From assembly GCA_963775055.1 (NCBI GenBank), contig CAVZHK010000008.1, positions 154,813-218,812 on the forward strand: a stretch of 64,000 nucleotides of DNA, read 5' to 3'. Made by a program: the position numbers and the translations under genes. The notes below the pieces were generated by a model. It had not been told where the DNA came from, ran no database searches, and was given only the letters and a program-made list of their open reading frames with translations. How positions within the stretch are numbered: the stretch's first letter is position 1; every line of letters begins with the position of its first letter. Origin of the DNA: an uncultured Acidimicrobiaceae bacterium (lineage in GTDB: Bacteria; Actinomycetota; Acidimicrobiia; Acidimicrobiales; CAIXPF01). Shown here one piece after another: positions 56,879 to 64,000 of this stretch.

Positions 56879-59008
56879 TCAGCCCTGGTCCGTGGGCCGG
56901 CTCAGCCCGCCCAGAAACCGCTCCACCTCGGACCGATGGCGCGTGCGACGGAACGGCGGCAGGGCCGAGATGATGTCCCAGCGGTAACGGGCGGTGCCCA
57001 GCCGACGGTCGAGAACCGCTACCACTCCCCGGTCCTGCGCACTGCGGATCAGCCGGCCCGCGGCCTGGGCCAGCAGGGTGGCGGCCCGGGCCACGTCGAT
57101 GGTGGCGAAGGCCGCCGCCCCGGCCCGATCCCGGCGGGCTTGCAGCAGCGGATCATCGGGTCTGGGAAACGGCAGCCGGTCCACGGTGACCAGGGACAAC
57201 GTCTCGCCCGGGACGTCGATCCCGCTGAAGAAACCGGTGGTGGCAAACAGACACGCCTCGGGTTGGCTGCGGAACCGCTCGATCAGTGGGGCGGGCGGAA
57301 GCTGGCCCTGGGTGAGCAACGGGTAAGGCACCAAGGGCTCCACTGCCGCCCGGGCCGCTTCCAACGCCCGCCAGCTGGTGAACAAGGCCAGGGTCCGACC
57401 CCGGGCCGCGGTGATCAGGGCCACCAGTTCGGCGTGCAGGGCGTCTCGGTAGGCGGGGTCTCGGGGGTCGGGCAGGCCCAATGCGCAGTACAGCAGGGCG
57501 TTTCGCTGGTAATCGAAGGGGCTGCCCACGTCCAGTTGGCGATACCGTCCCGCTCCCAGCCCCACCCTGGCGGCCAGGCTTGTGGGGATGGTCGCACTGG
57601 TCAGCACGGCGGTGTGCTGGCCCCAGACCGTCGCAGCCAGCATCGGCCCCACGTCGATGGGGGCTACGGCCACCCGGGCGTCGCCACCTTCCGGCACCCA
57701 GGCCACATAGTTTTCAGGGAGCTCGCCGAGCACATCCAGTTCCTCCGTGAGCGCCAGCGCCACCCGCTGGGCCCTGGCGCGTCGCTGGTCGGCGTCCGCC
57801 ACCGAGGTGCTGATGGCTCGCAAGGCGTTGGTGCACCTCAACAGCGCCGCCCGGGTCTGGTCAATGCTCCCCGCCAATGCCGCGGGCAGGGGGGCGCTGA
57901 GGCGTTCTCCGCGGTGGGGATCGAACGCCGCCAGCATGGCGTTGGCCCGCCGGACCAGGGTGGCGGGCACGTCGGGGTCGGTGATGAGGGACCTCACCCG
58001 ACTGGCGAAGGCCCCGAAGCGCCCGGCGGTCAACTCGAAGCCCAACGTGGTGGACAACACGTCCTCCAGCAGGTGGCATTCGTCGATGACCACCACCTGA
58101 TGTTCGGGCAGGATCCGCTGACCCGACGCAATGTGGACCCCGTACAGCGCCAGGTTGGTGACCACCACATCAGCCTCGGCGGCAGCGGCCCGGGCCGATT
58201 CGGCGAAGCAGTCACCGCCGCGGGGGCAGCGGGCCGCACCCGGGCATTCGTCGCCGCTCACGCTCAACGCCGCCCAGACCCGGGCCGACGGTTCCTCGGG
58301 GAGATCGGCGCGGTCCCCGGTGGCGCTGTGCTCGGCCCACTGACCAAGGGCTAGCAGCTCCTGCGCCATTGCCGGCTCGCCCACCGCCAGCTCGCCCTGG
58401 CCCAGCCCGGCCCGCAGCTCATCCAGCCGCTGGAGGCACAGATAGTTGGCCCGCCCCTTCAGCACGGCCCAGGTCGGGCCGGGCACCGTTGATCGTCGGG
58501 ATGTCGATCCGGTGCCTTCCCCGGCTGGCGCAGTGCCCGAGGGTGCCCGCTCGGCATGGGGTGTGGCGTGGCCCAGCTCGATCAGGCGTCCCGTGAGAAA
58601 GGGCAGGTCGCGCTGCGCCAGCTGGTCCTGGAGGGCCTTGGAGGCGGTGGCGACGACCACCCGGTGACCCGAGCAGAACGCCGGTAGCAAGTAGGCCAGA
58701 GACTTCCCGGTACCGGTACCGGCCTGCACCACCAGATGACGTTGTTCCTCGATGGCGGTGGCCACTGCACGGACCATGTCCCGCTGTCCGGGGCGTCGCT
58801 CCCCTCCACCCGGCAGCGCCCGCGCCACACGCTCCAACAGCCCATCCACCGTGATGGCGAGCGGTCCGACATCGGTCCCCTCGCCGGTGGTGTCCGTCGT
58901 GTCGGCGCCCGCGTTGGTGTCAGCGGTCTCGTTCGGAACGCAGTCCTGGGTTTCGTTCGACGTCTCGTGCGGGGTTTTGCTCGGGTCCGCGAGGCCCTGA
59001 CCGCCCAT
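56879..59008 (-). CDS. dinG: ATP-dependent DNA helicase, DinG/YoaA family
   Basis: QAGTGTGKS, KGRANYLC, Fe-S Cys, DECH, LTSAT, GIDVPG, QAAGRLIR. Confidence 0.93.
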   Translation of the reverse strand: MGGQGLADPSKTPHETSNETQDCVPNETADTNAGADTTDTTGEGTDVGPLAITVDGLLERVARALPGGGERRPGQRDMVRAVATAIEEQRHLVVQAGTGTGKSLAYLLPAFCSGHRVVVATASKALQDQLAQRDLPFLTGRLIELGHATPHAERAPSGTAPAGEGTGSTSRRSTVPGPTWAVLKGRANYLCLQRLDELRAGLGQGELAVGEPAMAQELLALGQWAEHSATGDRADLPEEPSARVWAALSVSGDECPGAARCPRGGDCFAESARAAAAEADVVVTNLALYGVHIASGQRILPEHQVVVIDECHLLEDVLSTTLGFELTAGRFGAFASRVRSLITDPDVPATLVRRANAMLAAFDPHRGERLSAPLPAALAGSIDQTRAALLRCTNALRAISTSVADADQRRARAQRVALALTEELDVLGELPENYVAWVPEGGDARVAVAPIDVGPMLAATVWGQHTAVLTSATIPTSLAARVGLGAGRYRQLDVGSPFDYQRNALLYCALGLPDPRDPAYRDALHAELVALITAARGRTLALFTSWRALEAARAAVEPLVPYPLLTQGQLPPAPLIERFRSQPEACLFATTGFFSGIDVPGETLSLVTVDRLPFPRPDDPLLQARRDRAGAAAFATIDVARAATLLAQAAGRLIRSAQDRGVVAVLDRRLGTARYRWDIISALPPFRRTRHRSEVERFLGGLSRPTDQG

Positions 59009-59089
59009 GAAGACCACTCTCCCACGCTCGGCACCGCCCGCCGGACCACCGTGGGGGACTCCTGGCCCCGGGACTTGGCTGAGTGACCG

Positions 59090-62050
59090 TCAGGAGGTGA
59101 CGGCGGGAGTGCCCGATGGTGGCTGGCCCAACTGCGGGTCGGTGTCCGGTCCGACAACACCGGGGGGCGCGAGTAGGGGTGGGCCGGCGAGCAACGGGGG
59201 CCGGCTGGCGTCGATCGCTGTCGGCTGCTGCTGACCTCCGGCGCCGAGCCCGAAGTGTTCCCAGAGCCACCAACCGAGCTCGGCCGGAGGGAGCGGCGGG
59301 CAGACCAGGAAGCCCTGGATCTGGTCACAGCCCAGTTCCACCAGCCGGTCGAGCTGCTCGAAGTCCTCGACCCCCTCGGCCACCACCGCCGTGCCCAGGG
59401 CCCTCGCCAGTGCCGCGAGAGTGTGGGTGAGCTCGATGTCGGCGTCTCGCGCCAGGGAGGTGATGTGGCTCCGATCGATCTTGACGGAGTCGAACCCCAG
59501 GTCTCGGAGTTGCATGAATGATGAATGGCCGTTGCCGAAGCCGTCCAGCGCTACTCCCACCCCGAGGGCCCGGAGCTGGCGAAGGTGCTCAGCGGCGGTG
59601 CTCAGGTCCATCAACAGGGCGGTCTCCGTCACCTCGACCACCAGGGAAGTCGCCCGGGCACCGGCACGTGCCAACGCGTCCTGTACGTCGTGGACGAACG
59701 TGCGCGACATCAGATGCCGGGCCGGCACGTTCACGCTGACCGCCAGGGTGCCGAGGAGCGGATCGTCGTGCCAGCCCGCGAGCTGTCGGGCCACCCGATC
59801 CAACACCCAGCGGCCCACGTCCGCGATCAGCACCGAGGTGTCCGCCACCGCCAGGAACTCCGCCGTTGGGACCGGCCCATGGCCAGGCCGGTTCCAGCGC
59901 AACAGCGCTTCCACGGAACGCACCCGCTTACCGTCGGTGTCCGCCACCGGCTGGAAGTACAGCACCAGCGAGCCATCCTCCAGGGCATGACGCAAGTCGG
60001 CCTCCATGGCGCTACGTCGGGAGAGCTCCTGGCGTAGCCCGGCGTGGAACACCTCGACCTGGCCTTTGCCGGCCGCCTTGGCCCGGTAGACGGCCAGATC
60101 GGCGTCCGCCACCACCACATCGACGTCCTCCAGGCGCTCGCCGGTGGCCACGCCGACGCTGGCCCCCACGGTGATCTCCAGCTGGCCGAGCCGGATCGGC
60201 TGGGCGACGGACGTCACCACCCGCTGCCCCAGCGCGATCACCTCATCGAGGTCACTGAACTGTTCGGCCACTATCAGGAACTCGTCGCCGCCCAAGCGGG
60301 CCACGGTGTCACCGGTGCGGCTCAGCCCCTCGAGGCGGACCACCACGGCGCGCAGCACTTCGTCGCCCACCGGATGCCCGTACAGGTCGTTGACCTGCTT
60401 GAACCCATCGAGATCGACCAACAGCACCGCGGCTCGACTGCCGGTGCGCTCAGCGCGGGCCAACGCCGCGCGCACCGCATTGAGGGCCGCTGCCCGGTTG
60501 AGCAGGCCGGTCAGGGCGTCGTGGTTGGCGTCGTGACTGAGCCGCGCCCGCATGGCCGCCTCGTGCTGCATGGACTCGCCCAGACGGGACACCGCGGCGC
60601 GCAGTGAAGCGCCGATGGTGCCCACCACCGGCTGGGCCAGGCTGATGTGGTCCAACTCGGCGCGGGCCAGGGCATCTGTCTGCTGCTCGATGTGGGCCAG
60701 GTTGGTGGCGAACTCGTTGAACGCCCGGGTCACCACCCGCACCTCCTTGGGCCCGACCTCGCGCAGCGCTTCGGTCTCATCGGCACCGGCCAGCAGCTGT
60801 TCGGCCCGGTGATGCAGACGCTGCAGCGGGCGGCGCAGTGAACGCTCCACGGCAATAGTGATTGCCACCGTCACCGCCAGCACCCCCGCCATGGCGCCCG
60901 CCGCGATCAGACCGTGGCGTTGGGCCTCCGCGGCCAGGGACTCAGAAGCGGTGAGCGCCTCATCGGTTGCCGCGGCGATCAGCGCGGAGTTCAGCTCGCT
61001 GATCTCGCTGATGGCCGTGAAGGCCCGGTCCACGCCGACACCGGCCGGTAGCACCGCTGCCTGGGCGTCGATGGCACCGTCTCCAGCGGGATCCACTGAC
61101 GTCGGCGGGGCCGGGGCCGCAGCCGGGGCCGAAGTGACCGGGGCCTGGGCATCATCGAGGATCTGCTGGCCGGCGGATGACAGCACCGCTGCCAGCGCGG
61201 TGGCGGTCGGCCCGCCGGTGCCGACCAGTTGCTGCAAGCGCTCGGCGCTCATGCGCTGCTGTTCCTGCGCCCGCACCAACGCCACGCGGTCCTCACCGGA
61301 AACCGTGGGCCCGCTTCGGTCGGAGTGGAACAACAGCCACACCTGGGCATCGATGGCGTCATGGAGGCGCAGGCTCTGGTCCAGCACACTGAGGGTGGTC
61401 TGCGCCGCTTCGTGGGATCCGATGAGATTGACCAGAACCCGGGCCCTGTTGATCTCCTTCTCGGTGAGCAGGCGCAGGGTTCGCTCCAAGGCCGCGTAGC
61501 GAACACCGCCGCTCGTGACCACCAGGCCAACTTGGGGCTGCCCTCCGTCGTTGAGGCTGGCCAGGCGTTGCATCCGGGCCAGACGCACCGCCTCGTAGTG
61601 ACCCACCGCTTCGGGGTTTCCGTGTAGCACCTCAGAGCCGGAATCGGTGGCCTGAGCTGCCTCCGCCAGCCTCGCCACCAGGTCCACGCCGACCAGGTCG
61701 CTGGCGGCGTCGACACCACCCGGGCGGCGTGCCGCTTCGTCGATGATGAGCATCAGGTTTCGCTCACGGGCCAGACTGAACCGCAGGGCGCTGAGCTCGC
61801 TAACCCGTCTGAGCTGCCCAGATAGCTCCACACCCCGGGTGCGTTGAGCCTTGTCGCTGATAAGCAGCCGGCCTGACAGGACCAAAACCAGCGCCAATGG
61901 CACCGCAACCAGGGCCAGCAGGTGGGCACTGAGTCCCAGCCGGAAGGGACGCCACCGTCGAGCAGAACGGTCAGCGGCTGGCACACCGCTGAGATCGACG
62001 CAGACCTCTTGTGTCTGAGGGGTGCAATAGTCCCAAACCTGCTCTGGCAT
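59090..62050 (-). CDS. membrane sensor HAMP-GGDEF-EAL protein
   Basis: Two TMs, HAMP-like region, HDALTGLLNR, RLGGDEF, EALLRW, AEGVE, IQGF. Confidence 0.93.
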   Translation of the reverse strand: MPEQVWDYCTPQTQEVCVDLSGVPAADRSARRWRPFRLGLSAHLLALVAVPLALVLVLSGRLLISDKAQRTRGVELSGQLRRVSELSALRFSLARERNLMLIIDEAARRPGGVDAASDLVGVDLVARLAEAAQATDSGSEVLHGNPEAVGHYEAVRLARMQRLASLNDGGQPQVGLVVTSGGVRYAALERTLRLLTEKEINRARVLVNLIGSHEAAQTTLSVLDQSLRLHDAIDAQVWLLFHSDRSGPTVSGEDRVALVRAQEQQRMSAERLQQLVGTGGPTATALAAVLSSAGQQILDDAQAPVTSAPAAAPAPPTSVDPAGDGAIDAQAAVLPAGVGVDRAFTAISEISELNSALIAAATDEALTASESLAAEAQRHGLIAAGAMAGVLAVTVAITIAVERSLRRPLQRLHHRAEQLLAGADETEALREVGPKEVRVVTRAFNEFATNLAHIEQQTDALARAELDHISLAQPVVGTIGASLRAAVSRLGESMQHEAAMRARLSHDANHDALTGLLNRAAALNAVRAALARAERTGSRAAVLLVDLDGFKQVNDLYGHPVGDEVLRAVVVRLEGLSRTGDTVARLGGDEFLIVAEQFSDLDEVIALGQRVVTSVAQPIRLGQLEITVGASVGVATGERLEDVDVVVADADLAVYRAKAAGKGQVEVFHAGLRQELSRRSAMEADLRHALEDGSLVLYFQPVADTDGKRVRSVEALLRWNRPGHGPVPTAEFLAVADTSVLIADVGRWVLDRVARQLAGWHDDPLLGTLAVSVNVPARHLMSRTFVHDVQDALARAGARATSLVVEVTETALLMDLSTAAEHLRQLRALGVGVALDGFGNGHSSFMQLRDLGFDSVKIDRSHITSLARDADIELTHTLAALARALGTAVVAEGVEDFEQLDRLVELGCDQIQGFLVCPPLPPAELGWWLWEHFGLGAGGQQQPTAIDASRPPLLAGPPLLAPPGVVGPDTDPQLGQPPSGTPAVTS

Positions 62051-62271
62051 CGGTCACATAGAGCATGGGCACAATCACGCGCAGTGCTTGTTGCTCGGTG
62101 CTTGTTGGTCAGCTCGCTGTCGCTCGCTGAGTGTCGGCGGCTCGCTGGCGCTCGCGCGCCGACCTGGCGCCGCCACCCGTCGTGCAAGCACCGCTCCCCA
62201 GGTCTCAGTGCGGCGCCAGCGCCACCCTGCATCTGCTCAGTGCCCGCGAGACCTGGTGGGTGTGGATCGCT

Positions 62272-62317
62272 GGCCCCGGGATTTGACCACCCAGGCCCCG
62301 GGATTGACCACCCAGGC
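62272..62317. repeat. 21/22-bp tandem duplication
   Basis: ggccccgggatttgaccaccca / ggccccgggattgaccaccca. Confidence 0.8.
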
Positions 62318-62344
62318 AGTGATTGGCAGTCGCGCCGGGCCCTC

Positions 62345-62740
62345 GCGTCGGGCTGGGCCCCGAGGGTGGGGTTGGGGCCCCGCCCGAGCGCCGCTAGGGA
62401 GGCGCTAGCCGACCGATCTGTGCACCAGGCCAACCTCGCCCGATGGGGGGAGGCGCCCCCCGGGCGCCGTGGGGGGGCGCAGCCCCCCTTCAAGAACAGT
62501 GGCCCCGCCCGAGCGCCGCTAGGGAGGCGCTAGCCGACCGATCTGTGCACCAGGCCAACCTCGCCCGATGGGGGGAGGCGCCCCCCGGGCGCCGTGGGGG
62601 GGCGCAGCCCCCCTTCAAGAACAGTGCCCCGCCCGAGCGTTCACCCGCTCCCGGTCGGATATGACCCGCCCGAGCGTTCACCCTCCCCGCTTGAACGAAC
62701 CCCCATCCGAGCGCAGCAGCCCCCCTTACAAGAACAGCCC
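62345..62740. repeat. REP/BIME-like array B: cap + two ~125-bp units + degenerate fragments, inverted relative to array A
   Basis: Units start at ~62377, 62502, 62626 (gccccgcccgagcg); reverse complement aligns by eye with 40212-40600. Confidence 0.9.
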
Positions 62741-63984
62741 AGCCGGAGCGGCACGGTGCGAGGACCTCGGACGCCGATGGTCCATTCCACGTCACCGGCA
62801 GGCTCGAAGTCTGGGTAGCGGGCGAGCCACCGCTGCAACGCCACCCGCAGCTCCATGCGGGCCAGGTTCGACCCCAGGCAGCGGTGGATACCCACGCCGA
62901 AGGCCAGGTGGCGGTTGCGGGCCCGGTCCAAGACCACCTCGTCGGGTTGGTCGAAGTGGGACGGGTCCCGGTTGGCGGACAAGAAGCTGAGGAGCAGCCG
63001 CTCCCCCGCCGCCACCGGGGAGCCGCCGATGGATCCATCCGAGGAGATGAGTCGGCCCATCGTCACCGGCGCAAAGAATCGCAAGAGCTCCTCTACCGCC
63101 AGGTCGACCAGCCCGGGGTCATCCGCCAGTCGCCGTCGGTGCTCGGGGTGGTATGAAAGGTGGTGCAGCGAGGCGCCTATCGCGGACCAGGTGGTGTCCA
63201 CCCCGGCCACCAGCAGCAGGTAGAGGACGCCCAATTGCTCGCGTTCGCTCAGCGGCCGACCGCCACCAATATGCTCGTCACAAATATGCTCGTCACCACC
63301 TGCCGCATCGTCCACCACCGTAGCCTGGGCGACCCAGCTGACCAGGTCTGACGTCGGCCGCTGGCGACGATCCCGGAGCTGCTCGGCGAAAAATGCCCGG
63401 ACCTCGCGGGTGCAGCGGGCGGCGAGGTCCAGGTCGATCTGGCCGTCGGACAGGATGCCTTTCACCCAAACCCGGAACTGATCGGCGTCGGCAGCGTCCA
63501 GGCCCAACAGCTCGGCCATGACCTCGACGGGGATGATCTGGGCGTAGTCCAGGGCGCCATCCACCAGTTCCCGGCCGGCCAGGCGGTCCAGCGCCGCGTC
63601 ACAGCGGGCAGCGACGAACGGCTCCAGACGGGCTACCTCACGAGGGGCAAATGGCGCCAACAACGCCCGCCGCACGGGCCCGTGCAGCGGCGGATCAAGG
63701 GTGATCGGCGGGGCCTGCAAGCGGATCTTGTCCGGATGATTCTCATTGACTGCGGTGATGCGGTTGGAGAATGTGGCGGTGTCGTGCGCCACGGCGACCA
63801 CATCGTCATAGCGGGTGACCAGGTACGCCCCGTAAAATCGCTCGGTGTGCGCCACCGGACAGCGTTGCCGCAGGTCAGCGGTGATCTCGGGGCTGTTGCG
63901 GGCCCACTCGGGCGACAGATGATCGAAATCGGTGGCCCAGTCGGTCACCGGTGGACGCGCTGACCCGGCGGGCCCTTGGGTCAC
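62641..63984 (-). CDS. cytochrome P450
   Basis: LDPPLH, AGVDTT, EELLRF (ExxR), SANRDP, FGVGIHRCLG heme motif; C-terminus runs into the repeat. Confidence 0.95.
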   Translation of the reverse strand: MTQGPAGSARPPVTDWATDFDHLSPEWARNSPEITADLRQRCPVAHTERFYGAYLVTRYDDVVAVAHDTATFSNRITAVNENHPDKIRLQAPPITLDPPLHGPVRRALLAPFAPREVARLEPFVAARCDAALDRLAGRELVDGALDYAQIIPVEVMAELLGLDAADADQFRVWVKGILSDGQIDLDLAARCTREVRAFFAEQLRDRRQRPTSDLVSWVAQATVVDDAAGGDEHICDEHIGGGRPLSEREQLGVLYLLLVAGVDTTWSAIGASLHHLSYHPEHRRRLADDPGLVDLAVEELLRFFAPVTMGRLISSDGSIGGSPVAAGERLLLSFLSANRDPSHFDQPDEVVLDRARNRHLAFGVGIHRCLGSNLARMELRVALQRWLARYPDFEPAGDVEWTIGVRGPRTVPLRLGCSCKGGCCARMGVRSSGEGERSGGSYPTGSG

Positions 63985-64000
63985 AGATATTGGCCCGTGG

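Overview
A very GC-rich actinobacterial chromosomal window; gene content and style suggest Acidimicrobiia (inference). About 45 CDS, with no rRNA, tRNA, CRISPR array, transposase or integrase recognised. Housekeeping and metabolic genes (cysS, acnA, DinG helicase, SDRs, LLM oxidoreductases, thiolase/OB-fold pair, CoA transferase, Mo-hydroxylase large subunit, P450) surround four more notable blocks. (1) An ~17 kb signalling island (8.4-25.2 kb). One operon runs degenerate GGDEF, unknown flavoprotein-fold protein, small membrane protein, Hanks-type pseudokinase, Zn-ribbon/FHA protein and an LLM pair. It converges on an operon encoding a receptor-like Hsp70-ATPase/TM/extracellular protein and two CPA2 antiporters. 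Next come a Ser/Thr kinase fused to a P-loop-degenerate IniC-like dynamin domain and an ECF sigma factor. (2) A 6 kb block with four SigF/SigB-like promoter motifs (two PAP2, PhoD, lipoprotein, DUF1206-like, MgtC). (3) A family of palindrome-rich 120-125 bp tandem repeats, present as two inverted arrays 22 kb apart. (4) A PhyH-dioxygenase/SAF-dehydrogenase/CMD trio. Several apparent frameshifts may be assembly errors. All family calls come from motif recognition by eye, not database searches.
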